This document shows, one piece after another, positions 14,401 through 26,400 of a DNA stretch of 64,000 nt; positions within the stretch are counted from its first letter, which is position 1, and the number at the start of each line of letters is the position of its first letter. Position numbers and translations under genes: made by a program. The notes under the pieces are model-generated. The model saw nothing but the letters and a program-made list of their open reading frames with translations, had not been told where the DNA came from and made no database searches. Source of the DNA: Podarcis vaucheri (Eukaryota). The stretch lies in assembly GCA_965113315.1 (NCBI GenBank), contig OZ220377.1. One strand, 5' to 3'.

Positions 14401-14641
14401 GACAAAAGCCCTGCCCAGGCAAACTGGTTGAGGGGAAAAGAGCACTCTACACACGCTCAGAGGCACCCTGCCCGCCCCCCGCGACACCACTAACGGCAAG
14501 GATATCCCCGAAAACGAGACTGCCTCGGCCCGAGTCGCAGACTGTGATGCCTGGCGGCAACAGCACGGGCTTCCCATCGGGCTCCGTCAGGACATCGCGG
14601 TCGAAGAAGGCGAAGCGGCGCCACTGCAGGTAGGCCGCCAT
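2449..14641 (-). CDS. VPS11: Vacuolar protein sorting 11 (HOPS/CORVET core subunit, C-terminal RING), 923 aa, 16 coding exons
   Basis: Exons: 14506-14641, 13700-13848, 12822-12957, 12418-12581, 12045-12292, 11279-11480, 10585-10736, 9733-9919, 9146-9289, 7353-7541, 6391-6552, 5307-5446, 4956-5158, 3658-3829, 3038-3260, 2449-2613 (2772 nt, phases consistent). Starts MAAYLQWRRFAFFD; RING CSICTSALELPSVHFLCGHSFHQHC; ends LLIHTKRST*. Intron 1 is AT-AC and intron 6 is GC-AG. Confidence 0.97.
4109..4641 (+). mobile_element. Solo-LTR-like element in VPS11 intron 13
   Basis: Begins TGTGA and ends GCCACA (TG...CA); TATA-like CTATAAAA at ~4195; AATAAA at ~4492; G-rich interior; flanked by a ~100-bp direct duplication (4009-4108 and 4647-4748). 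Confidence 0.65.
5480..5830. mobile_element. Degenerate CR1-like LINE 3' fragment
   Basis: Resembles a common squamate repeat (gatcaggccaaagg...ccatccagtccag...tccatgaatgtgtctaatcc); a related copy lies at ~40930-41110. Family assigned from memory. Confidence 0.45.
7031..7155 (+). mobile_element. tRNA(Lys)-derived SINE with CR1-like tail
   Basis: Head resembles tRNA-Lys(CTT) (tcagtcggtagagc...ctcttaatctcaggg), followed by a gggttggac...cccttccaactc...ttctatga tail. Related copies at 61025-61310, ~15683-15940 (-) and a tail at ~62020-62082. Confidence 0.75.
8292..8526. mobile_element. Tc1/mariner (pogo/Tigger-like) MITE
   Basis: Terminal inverted repeats CAGTCGTACCTTGG / CCAAGGTATGACTG, TA on both sides, internal hairpin at ~8408-8458. 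Confidence 0.85.
13217..13460. mobile_element. Tc1/mariner (pogo/Tigger-like) MITE
   Basis: TA-CAGTGGTACCTC ... GAGGTATGACTG-TA termini. Confidence 0.75.
13849..14505 (-). other. VPS11: U12-type (minor spliceosome) AT-AC intron 1 of VPS11
   Basis: 5' splice site ATATCCTT at 14505-14498, branch point TCCTTAAC at 13866-13859, 3' end CTAC at 13849; splicing restores ...VFG-D-MEGQIW. Confidence 0.95.
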
Positions 14642-15475
14642 CTTGACAGGTAGGCCCAACTCCGGAGGAGAGTCATGTGACCATGCCGCTTCCGCGTTGC
14701 CGCTGCTCTTAGCGCTGGGGCTGCTGGGATTTGTAGTTCGCCGGGTCTCTAAACCCCCGCCCTAGTGCGCAAGCGCAGAGAAGACCCGCAGCCCTTGCGC
14801 CGCTGCCCCCTTGTTTCCACGCGGCGGTATTGCAGGCATCCCCGCTGATCCCGCGGGCGGGTGACTGTGACTGTCTGGCGGGCCGGCATAGATCAGAGAG
14901 GTGCTGGGGGTGGCCAAAGGAGAGCGCGCAGTCTGCACGTGCTCAGGAGCTCTCCCGTCAGGCCCGTCGCTGCCACCGCCACGCTAGGAAGCCCCGCCCC
15001 TCGGCCAATGATTGCGGCCGCTGCGCCCGGCGCCGGAGACGTGGCCCAATGGGGAGCGCGCGAGGGGAGCCGCCGGGCCAATGAGCTCGCGCCGCGTCCG
15101 GCTCCGGGGAGGGAAGGAGGGCGGAGCGCAGCTTTCGCAAGCCAGGGAGTCCGGGAGACCGGCCGGCCGAGGGGAGAGAGAGAGAGAGGAGCAGCAGCCG
15201 GAGCGGGAGGGAGAGAGTCTGCGGAGTCCGAGCCGAGAGCGAGCGGGCAGGGAGCCCCCGGAGCGAGCGGTTGGCGTGCCGGGCCGAAGACAGCGGCGTC
15301 CCCCTTAGAGGCGCCCGGGGGTCGGCCTCTTCCGCGTGGGGGTGGGGGAACCTCTGGGTCTCCAGGTGAACCTTGGCGCCGGGCCTCGCCGCCGTTCCGG
15401 GTCTGTCGGAGGAAAGTGCCCTCCCTGCCTCGCCTTTGCTTCCACATCGGGGTTGGGCGGCCCTCGATCGTCAGG
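14642..15475. promoter_or_regulatory. Bidirectional CpG-island promoter of VPS11 (-) and HYOU1 (+)
   Basis: YY1-like AAGATGGCGGC over the VPS11 ATG; CLEAR/M-box-like GTCATGTGAC 14672-14681; ZNF143-associated ACTACAAATCCCA (-) 14725-14737; NRF1-like TGCGCAAGCGCA 14766-14777; CCAAT boxes at 15005, 15046 and 15078. Confidence 0.85.
15040..15096 (+). promoter_or_regulatory. ER-stress response elements of HYOU1 (ERSE-II and ERSE-like)
   Basis: CGTGG-C-CCAAT 15040-15050 is the reverse of ERSE-II (ATTGG-N-CCACG), a perfect match; CCAAT-N9-CCGCG 15078-15096 has one mismatch to ERSE (CCAAT-N9-CCACG). Confidence 0.8.
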
Positions 15476-18400
15476 ATGGCTCCAGCACGCGTGTGGCTGC
15501 TGCTGCCCCTCCTCCTGCTGGCTTCCCTGCCTGCGCACTTGGGTAGGTGCCTCTCCCGCCCCCGTGGAAGGACCTGGGAAAGATCTTGGTGGTTTTGCAA
15601 GTTGCCGAAGAATCAGGCTTGCTAAGCGGAGTTGGGCAGGAGCGAGCCCTTTGGTCGCATGGTTGGATCCGACTCGCCTCAGAATCATAGAATGGTGGAG
15701 TTGGAAGGAACCACTAGGATCATCTAGTCCAGGGTTTCCCAAACTTGGATCGCCAGCTGATATTGGAATTCCAACTCCCATCATCCCTATCCTTTAGAAC
15801 CAGTGGTCAGGGGTGTGGAAACTGTAGTCCAAAGACACCTGGAGACCCAAATTTGGGGAACCCTGATAAAGCCCAACCACCTGCAATGCAGGAATCTCTT
15901 GCCCAACATGGGGCTCCAAACCACAACGACTGAGCTGTCTGAAAAGCTAACGTGTATCCTGTAGGTGGGCGGGACGAAACTGACCAGCAGGAAGGACCGA
16001 GTGTTCCTTGGATGCTTCTGTGCACACCTTGAGGTAGCCCTTTGGTGACAGTCTGTCATGTCCCTGAGAGTGAAAGCATTTCCATTTTAGCTGGTGTTGG
16101 ACTCATTATGAACTACTGGAATGCGGAAACTGGCCGTGGGACCTGATGGAGACAACTTTTCTAAAGGATGCTGCTGATGCTGCACTACATTTACGTATTT
16201 ATTTGGTGGCATGTTTCATTTGCCACCTCCTGTAGAAAATGTCTGTCAACATTTAAGCCTTACAAAATGTGTTGCATAAAGAAAGAGGAACCAGCTGTAC
16301 GTTCTTGCATATCTTTTTTTTACTAGTTTAGTTCTTGAAAAGAGGCACTTTCACTGATGTAAATGATAGCCCATTTTAGGTTCAGAGACCATATTAGGAG
16401 AGGTGCTGATTATGGCAGGCATTGCTATAATTTGCAGGGAGCTTTTGGGGCCCCTGGATATTACATTTATTGGTTTTGATATGGGGTCCATTGGCAAGAA
16501 GAATAGCTCCTTGTTTTTGTAGGCATCCAGCAGAGGTTAATTTTTTTTATTCAGACCTATGCCATAACTCGTGTTTACCAAAACTAACTTTAAAGTAAAT
16601 AGAGAGCCATTTTTCAAAATAAAATTGAGAATGTTGTAACCCTATTTTCCTGGAGTTTGACTGCAGGTATTTATCTGCCATTTGTAACCTCTAGGCTAGG
16701 CTACTAAGTATTTGGCATGGGGGGCACTATCCTTGGAGATTTCATAAGTATCAGCTAGTGCAGAATGGGGCAGGCTGTTGAGTTATCAGGAACATGTTAG
16801 CGACTTATGTGCCATTGTCTGCACCTCCAGGTAGCTTTCTATTGCAGGATTCACAATTCAACCTGGATGGCCCAATGTGTCTTAGAGGCCAGGTGCCCTT
16901 TAAAACCAGTTCAGGGCCTCCCTTGGCTATGCTGTCAGTGCCGCATGTCCATAAGGCACATATTGACTACCTTGAAGTCTGTTTGGAAACCGCTATTCAT
17001 ACTGCTAGATAGCTATGTTGGACTGGGCATTTATTGTATTACATCTCTGTGATGCCAACCATTAGTAGCTCACAGTCCATTTTCAGGTCCACTTCAAGTG
17101 CTATTTTTCACCTTCAAAACCCTTCATGTCTTATGGCTGGACCATATCTATGGTGAAGCAAGTAGCTACCAGAGAGAAGGCCTTCTGGGTGGGTCTCTGG
17201 AATCTAGTTTATTTTTCTTTTAGTAGCATGAAAGATGCCTCCTAATTTCCATGTAGACATAGTTTTAATTATTCTGGTTTTATTATGCTCTTACTACTTT
17301 GTAGCTTTTAGCTTTATAATTTTATTTGCATTTTGATTGTGTTTGTTTTTTCTATTTACTTTCTATAAACCTCCCTGGAAATATGGTTGAAGGATGCTTT
17401 AAAAATACTTAGAGATAAAGAGATGTTTTGAGATGTTTCCCTACAAATGAGATGCTCTGGATGATACAGTACTGTGAAACTTTCTTCTGGTGGAGTCCTC
17501 CGGGTGTGCTGTAACACATCTGTGTTTAGACTGGCTTTTTGATTCAGCTAAGCATTAGAAATTGGAAGGAGGCTGGAGGGTATTGTCTGAGGTTCTTCCT
17601 GGAAGAAAGTACATTTGACACAATACTTTTGTTCCACAGATTCATTGGCTGTGATGTCAGTGGACATGGGCAGTGAATCTATGAAGATCGCCATTGTGAA
17701 GCCTGGGGTGCCAATGGAAATTGTCTTAAACAAGTGAGTGGGCCAAATATGTGCTGCAATGAATGTGACTGTGGCAACAACTGTTTTGGAGGGCTTGACA
17801 CATCATAGAATTGTAAAGGTGCCCCAAGGTTCATCCGGTCCAACCACTTACAGTGCAGGAATAAATCCATGTCTTAGTGGTGCAGTACAGAAGATACGGG
17901 GCAGCTTCCCATAGGTGTAACTTCCTTTTGCCCTTACCTATTGTTCCCTAATCTTAGATGTGACTATTTAGAAGAGACTCCACAGTGTTTCTCTTCACTT
18001 GTTCCAGTGCTGAATCCTGGCATTGAAAACCAGTTCCTCATTTCTCCAAGGAACCCAGAAGTTAGACCCCAGGAATCTCTGGGGCAGGGCCATTGTGCAG
18101 TGCTTTGCTTGTAGGAGGTCGCGTATTCAATCCCAGGCATCTCCTGCTTAAATTTATTAGGTACCAGACGATAGGAACAGTGTGCCTCTGTCTGAGGCCC
18201 AGGAGAACCACTGCAGACCTGAGTCAGAAATACTGCTTCAGCTAGATGAATAAATAGCCTAGCCTGGTTATTAGACAACTCCCTATCTCCCCAGGAAACA
18301 GTTCTAGTTTAATTTTTCTTGTTGTTCTAGGGAATCTCGGAGAAAAACACCAGTGGCTGTAACTCTAAAGGAGAATGAGCGCCTCTTTGGTGACAATGCC

Positions 18401-20384
18401 GTGGGAATGGTAAGTCCCTTAGATGTCCACTCACACATCCCCTCTTGCTTTTTCTATACCAAGAGTATTTATTTGCATACACAGCTTGTTCTTCTGGGGT
18501 CCTGTCTCTGTTTCACCTTCCTCTTCGCACTTTCAGCTTCAATAACATGTTCCTCCCCACTGAGATTTGTTGAAGAGACAGTGCTACAGGTCCTCTTTGG
18601 CAGGTTAGCTCATGTTCCAGAGAAGGACTTTTCCAGTGCTGGCATGCGGTGACTTTTATGGTTTTGGAAACGGAGGATCCTAAATGCCACTTTGGATATT
18701 TTCAGTAGTTCAGTTGTTGAGGGTTTCTGGCGTTGTACGCCTTTTAAAAAGAAATTTATGGGGGATAGATGAACATTCCAGAGGAATCAGCATGGTTGTG
18801 TGTTTTTCCTGTTTTTTTAATAGGGCATCAAGAACCCAAAAGTGGCTTTCCGGTATTTCCAGGATCTCCTGGGCAAGCGCATTGATAACCCACAAGTGAC
18901 CATGTACCAGTCACGGTTCCCAGAACATGAGCTGGTGAAAGATGCAAGGAGGGAGACAGTCAGTTTCAAGCTGTCAGAGTACGTTTCCACTTTGAGGTTT
19001 GCCACGTGGCACTGCTGAGCAAGAAAGGCTGTGGCATCTTTCTGCAAGCCACTTTGGGAGTACTGCTGCATAGATTTGGTTGGCCAAATGCCATGGTCAG
19101 CTTGTGTTTGGTATGTGCCCTGATAAGGGGCAAGTGGTTTGTGGAAGTGATGAGGCCCACCCATGCTCAAAAGATGCATTTCACAGCTGGGATCAGGAAT
19201 TTAGAATTTATCATTCTTGTTCTTCCTTGCAGCAAATTGCAGTATACTCCAGAAGAGATCCTGGGCATGGTGCTCAACTATTCTCGGGCACTGGCAGAGG
19301 AATTTGCAGGTTAGAAATGACTCTTGACTGTTTGAGGCACAAGAGTTGTCTTTCCTTCTTTGGTCCTCAAGCATATGAATGAAAATGAAGAGGCACCTGA
19401 ACCAGGAGCTCACACCATACCTTCTCCTTATCTTACAGAACAGCCTGTCAAGGATGCTGTGATCACTGTCCCTGCCTACTTCAACCAGGCAGAGAGGAGA
19501 GCGGTCCTGCATGCAGCAAAAATGGCAGATCTCAAGGTTTTGCAGCTCATCAATGATAACACAGCTGTGGCTTTGAACTATGGGGTGTTCCGAAGGAAGG
19601 ACATCAATGCTACAGCCCAGGTGCTTGTAACCGGAGGGTGTGTGTGGCTCAGGAGGGGGGAGGTTTTTACCCAGGGCTCAAGCTCATTGTGCCTCTGTAA
19701 CCTTACCTAGAAAACACAGGGAATTTGGGCAGGGCAGTCTTCTTCGTCAATCAGAGCTGCCTGTTTGAATCCAAACTTTTATGTACAGATTCCACATTCC
19801 CCTAATTCCAGCTAGCGACATACACAAGTGAGCAGGGCCCACTCACCTGTCAGTCATCTGATATTACTATGAAATCTAGTGACCAACTTATCCTTTGTAG
19901 CAAGGCAAGCTGTGTTACCAAAGCCAAGCCAAGTTTCAAGTTGGTACCTACTGGCCAATAGGCAGTGACTCCAAACCTGCTTTCTGCAGGTTTGGCTACA
20001 GATTGGCTCTGTGGCTTGAGTTTCCTCTGGAGAACTTGGTTGCACATCCGATCCGCTGGGCTTGGAGTCACCAAGGCCACAGGTGGACACTTGAGGCCTG
20101 TTAGAGTTCCACATGCCTGCTTTGTCTGTCAGTTGATTGACGTGGACAGGAAGCCTCCCTTGCCAATGCACAATCTAGAGCATTCTTCAGGACTCCCAAT
20201 ATAGCATCTTGTCAGCTGCATCTTTACCTGTCTCCCACCTGACATCACACATGACATCTGGTGTGGGGCTGGTGGGCATACTTGGCAGAAAACAGCCTCA
20301 TGGGCCAAATTTGGGCCCATGTTAGGTCTAATTAGGCCTGCAGGCTGGAGGGCTGACCCACCTCTGGACCAGATGATATATATC

Positions 20385-20430
<46 letters not shown>

Positions 20431-23400
20431 ATATCTAATTGGGTTGCCCCAGCCACTCTGACAACTTCATACTCTTGTATATATTTTTAAGCTTGGAGAC
20501 TGCTGATCTGACTTCCCACAGACATTCATGTACCATCCTTCAGACTGTGATACCTCCGTGCCTGCTGTTGCCTGCTGTCTTTAGCATTGATTCTTTATTG
20601 ATTTCCAGAATATTATGTTTTATGACATGGGAGCAGGCAGCACTGTGTGTACCATTGTGACTTACCAAGCAGTGAAAACCAAGGACTCGGGAACCCAGCC
20701 TCAGCTTCAGATTCGGGGTGTTGGGTAAGAGCTTGATTCTTGGAATTAAATTTGCTTAGGAGTCAGGAGAGAGCAGGATATCTGAAGTAGAAAGGTCCAA
20801 ACTGGGAGGGGTATTGCACAAAGCAGAATCAAACAAATGCATAATGGATCATGTTGGCTAGGTCCTATCTGGAGTCAACATGCCTCTCCCCCCCCCCCCT
20901 TTTTAAAGTGATTTCCTGGGAATTACAAATGTGGAAAGTGCTATTGCATTTGTTTCCTATTTGATGGTTGCCCAGAAGCTTGGTTGCCTGTAAGATTGGG
21001 ATGCTGGATTTGGATGGACATGTGGTCTGATCTGGCAGCAGGGCTCTTGTGGAAGGATGTTTAGAAAACCAAAATCCTGGTTTTGGGGTGGGAGAGATGG
21101 GAGGAGTGGTAGCTGGAGAGGTAGTTGCTGGGCTTCTTTGCAAAGGGCTGCTGGCTTGAGTAGCTGGTTCCACTGCCTCCCTCCTCCTCAGATTTGATCG
21201 CACACTGGGAGGGCTGGAGATGGAGCTGCGCCTCCGTGACCATCTGGCCAAACTCTTCAATCAGCAAAATCCATCAAAGGATGTCCGGAAAAATCTCCGG
21301 GCCATGGCCAAGCTGCTAAAGGAAGCCAATCGCGTGAAAACAGTACTAAGTGCCAATGCTGACCATGTGGCGCAGGTAGGTTGTGTGTGTTATCATTTGG
21401 TGTGGCCTGGGTGCAGGGAAAATGCCTAACCTTCGTAGTCTGCTATAGTCAATTGTAAGCAGCTATCTGCTTACATGTAGATGAAAAGCTTCTACATTTC
21501 ATTAAGGTCTTATCCTGTTTTGAAGGCACAGTAGAAGCAGTGTGCTGGCTTCAGAGAGGAAGTGCTGCAGGTGTCTGTGAGATAAGATGCTCCTGGTTTC
21601 TCTCCCTAGATCGAGGGCTTGCTGGATGACATTGACTTCAAGGCCAAAGTTTCACGGCAGGAATTGGAGGAGCTGTGCTCTGATTTGTTCCAGCGGGTTG
21701 CAGGACCTGTGCAGCAGGCAGTCAGCAGTGCTGAGATCAGTTTGGTAAGTGCGGATGGTTTTGTTACAAGGTCTCTAGTTTTCACCGAACAATGTGAATT
21801 CCACAGCGTAGGCCATGGTGGGAAGCACTTACTGCTCCTTCCAGGCCACCCACATCTGTGCAAGCAGAACTCTTAGATTCAGAAAGTGTAACAGAGTTCA
21901 AGCTCAGAGAGTCAGACCCTGTTATCTTTCCCCAATTCCCAGAATGAAATTGACCAGGTGATCCTCGTCGGTGGTGCCACTCGCGTCCCAAAGGTGCAGG
22001 AATTTCTGCTAAAGGCAGTTGGCAAGTAAGCATCAGCCCAGTTTTGGTGGTACTTTCCGCCTCCCACCCCTCAAAATATTCTCTGTCCTGAGCAGGGTAG
22101 CATCTAATCATTCTTCTGTTGACAACACAGGGATGAGCTGGGCAAGAACATCAATGCAGATGAAGCAGCTGCAATGGGCGCTGTCTACCAAGCAGCTGCC
22201 TTGAGCAAAGCCTTTAAGGTGAAGCCTTTCATTGTCCGTGATGCAGCTGTTTTCCCCATCCAGGTGAGCTGTGGTTCATTATCAAGTATCAGAGTGCTGT
22301 GGATTTCAGGGAGAGGGTTGGTAAAAAGCCTGACTCAGGATTCTGTCTCAAGCAGCCCAAGAAAAGTGCTGATCTTTGTCCCTTAATGTTGGCATGCAAT
22401 TGGCTCTCCCGTGTGGTAGAATCTGGAAGAGGTACAGTCTGTGCTTTATCCTCTCCTAACCTTAGGTTGAGTTCACCCGTGAGGTAGAAGAGGAGGATAA
22501 ATCCAAGAGCCTTAAGCACAACCGGCGGATCCTGTTCCAGCGCATGGCTCCATATCCCCAACGGAAGGTCATCACCTTCAACCGATACACAGATGACTTT
22601 GAGTTCCATGTCAACTACGCAGATATGGGCTTTCTGGGTGACAGTGACTTGAAGTGAGTGCAGTTGTGGGTCAGCCACAAAAACAGAACATGCTGGTTCT
22701 TACTTTCCTTTTCCCTTTTGTTATGGTAGTTACAGCTACTTGATTGTTTTGAGGAACTCTTGTATGTGGTAGCTGGAAGTCCCTTTTACTTATTTTTGTT
22801 ATCTTTATCTTTCTATTCTGTTATTTTCTTAAATATTCTTTCTCTTTTATTTATTTTTTGTTTTGTTTCTGCTTTGGTCTGGTCTTCTATAGTATTTTGA
22901 AAAGTCCTAATAAAGCCCTTTTTTAAAAAAAGGCTTAACTTGACTCATGTCCTCAGAGTTTATGATTCTGCCTGAACTCAGCTTTATGTCAGTGGCTACG
23001 GCTTTGGGAACTCAAATTTGTTCTCGGCTGTTTGAACTTGTACCCTTGCAGCTGAGTATCCAGGAAATAAAATATCTATATTACTGCTCTTCGCTGTTTC
23101 TACAGAGGTTTGTGATTTCTGTGGTAGAGCTAGAGAATGGGAACAGAAAGGAGGGGTGGCCAGCCTCTGTGCTCACCCATCCCAATGTGTGTCCTTGTGT
23201 GGTTTCTGCAGAGCTTTTGGGTCCTTGAACCTTACAAGGGTGAAGCTGCAAGGAGTGGGCGAGAGCTTCAAGAAACATTTGGATTACGAGTCCAAAGGCA
23301 TCAAGGCTCATTTCAACATGGACGAGAGTGGTGTGCTGAGCCTCGATCGTGTAAGTACTGCTTCAATGCCCTTCATCTCTGGCTCACTTGCTGGGCCTTC

Positions 23401-26400
23401 CAATCTCATTCTGCTCCGTGTGTTGTCTCCCAGGTAGAATCTGTGTTTGAGACTCTGGTGGAGGACAAGCCAGAGGAGGAATCCACGCTAACAAGTGAGT
23501 TGGTTGGGTTGCAGCAACAGCTCTTCTTGTACCATGTAGGCAGTTTGACTTAATCTGCCCCTTCCCAGTTTTCAGCATCACTTTGAGTGGTCGGAAATGA
23601 GACCGTTCCAACTCTTTGTCCCTCAGCTTTCCAACCAAGCAAGCTGCGGTTGCAGGGACTGGTTCCTTGGGGTGGGGCTTCTCTGTTCTTGGCTACCTTT
23701 AGTAATCCGGTATGCTGGAGAAACAAGGCAGTGTACACACCAGGACACTTTTGGCACTTGCAGACATGGAGGTTTTACATTCGTTGAGGGTGTTGTAGTT
23801 TTTACAGCTGTAGGGGCAGAGGTGACCTGTGCCATTTTCCCAGCCAACACCCACCCCAAGATTGAGAGGCTGCCACATAGATTAGGAAGGCTTTCGCTAA
23901 GCAGAGCCAAAGATCTGTCCTTTACCCCAGAGGGGATGGGTCAGGTGGCAGACAGGAGCTGGGTTTTCTGTGTGTAGAACCCAAACCTTTCTTAAGTATG
24001 TTTCTTCTTTCGAGCAGAACTTGGGAACACCATCTCCAGTCTCTTTGGAGGAGGGAGCCCTGTGCCAGAAGCACCTGAAAACTTGACTGAGACTGTTCAG
24101 GTGAGCTCTGTTCTGTGGAGAACCTGCCAGCAAGATGCAGGATTTGAGCCTAATGCAAATGTCAGCAGGGACTTGAAAAGGGGTACAAATATGAAAAAAG
24201 ATCAGGGGAGGATCCTGGTATTAGTCTCAAGAGTTCTGTGAACCTGTTCAATGGCACTGTGTTCTTGGCTAAAACCATAATAAATACTTACAGTCAGAAG
24301 GAATCCATGACAAGTGTCTGTCGCAGCAGAGCTTGTAGCTGGACCTGCTGGGTCCCTTCAGAGTCATGCCTGTCTTGGCTGAAGAAGCCTAGCTGTGCAA
24401 GGTTCTTATAGCACCCTTGGGAATTTCCCCTCTGTTGCCCAGGAGGAAGAGGAGAGCCAAGCGGAAGCGGGTAAGGAGGACCAGAAGGATGACAATGGGG
24501 CTGCTAGTGAGGAGGAAGAACAGCAGCCAACGCCATCCCCATCTCAGGAAAAAGCTGCTGAAGATGCTTCAGCTGAGGACCAACAAGAGGAAGGAAGAGA
24601 GAAATCAGACTCCCAGGTGAGCAAGCAGTGAGCAGGGTCACTGAACAGCCCCCCCCCTTTTATCCAATAGGAGACAAATGAGAAGGCGTCCGTAGGGGTT
24701 GTCTACTTATTGGAGAGGGTGGGAAACTTCCTTTTAAGGTCTGATGCCTATGGGGTTGTGTGAGAATTCTCCTAAAAACTTGGCATCTACATGGTTCCTA
24801 GCATTTCTGAATCCAGGGTCATTACAAAACCTTTTGCTACCTGAAGCAAATACAGTGGTTTCCACCAACAACAAATTGTACATACAAACTCTGACTGGAC
24901 CAGCAGTTGATTTTTTTATTTCATTGTTGCCAGTGGAATAATGCCCTCCACCAACCCTGAGGGCAACAGTAGTTATTCAGGTACAGATCTTACAACAGAA
25001 AGATATGGCCAGGGAACTCGGAAGGAATGGGGTTGGTAGGTGGCTGTTCCCAGAAGTTAGCACTTGAGATAGTTGCCTCTCTTCCTAACGGCAGGGCCGG
25101 CCCAACTTAAATCTAAAATTAAAGCAAACCTGTCAAATGTTGGCTCTAGCTGGTGGCTGAAAACAGCCCCCTGTTAGTCCTGGAATTGCTCCCATCTAGG
25201 AAGCCCAAGAAAAGACGGATACTGGAAAGGATGAGGAGCCTACAAAGAGCCCCGAGGGCAATGGTGCCAAAGCAGCTGAGGAGGAGGAGAAAAAGCTGAA
25301 GCCGCCAAAGAAACAAAAGCTGGTGGAAGAGATTGCAGTGGAGCTGGATGTGAATGATGTGCCAGAGTTGCTGCCAGAAGAATTGCAGGACTCAATTAAG
25401 AAGTAGGTGGATCTTCAGGGCTGCCTCTGCCCCCTAGCTGTGGGCTGGGATGAGACTGCTTGCTGTCAGTGCATGGGGATGCTTTTTGTCTTCTCCCATT
25501 CAGAGAAGGTTGTGACCTTGGGTACTTTGTTCTTCCCACCTTTTTCTAACATCAGGTTGCAAGAATTGACTGAAAGAGACATAGCAAAGCATGAGAGGGA
25601 AAAGTCAGCCAATGGCCTTGAGGCCTTCATCTTTGAGACACAGGTAGGTCCCGGGAAAAAGGATCAGAGGGCATTTAGCGGGTTCATCTTGTTGCCAATG
25701 ATCCCACCCCCATAAAATTATTTCTGTGCTGCCGTTTAACTGATGTGTGTCTTGTCTTTTGTGTAAAGTTGCAGCACTATTGCAACTTGAGCTGTAAGAA
25801 AATTTGGAATAGGTCAGGGAGGCTGCTGTGTCGCCTTTGGCTAAATTTCTGTCAGGAGGACAAGCAAACAAAGCCTAAGACTCCTGTTTGATGAATGTTC
25901 CCATAAGTGACAAGAACTTCAGAGAGATTGATTTTGTGCGTGTGTGTGTCTTTTACCAGGATAAGCTACAACAGGAGGAGTATAAGTTTGTTTCAACAGA
26001 AGAAGAGCGAGAGGAAATTTCCAAGAAGCTGAGCGAAGCTTCCAACTGGATGGAAGAGGAAGGCTATACAGCCACAACTAAGGTTGGGGCACCACTTTGA
26101 ACTGCTAATATCTTTTTCAGGGGAAACTTCTCTGTATTGTTAGGCTAGAGTTTGAAGATTCTCAGAGTGTGTTTCATGTGGGTTATCTGGACTACAGAAG
26201 TGTCTTTCCCTTGCCAAAAGCGTTTTGGAAATTTTAGCCAGTATATTTTGTCAGAATCGGAGAATCGGAAGAAGGTGACTTGCTATGGTTGATGAGAACA
26301 ACTTTAAACTTCCTTGATTGCACTGCCTTCTGGGCAATGGCAAAGTACTTTGTCATTCATAGCTGCAAACATTGTGTGGGATTCCCGTGGTCTGCATGTC

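Noticed and set aside
14861-15625. Long overlapping ORFs (254 aa +, 235 aa -) across the VPS11/HYOU1 island
   Set aside because: GC-rich, stop-poor CpG-island artefacts; only 15476-15542 is supported as coding.
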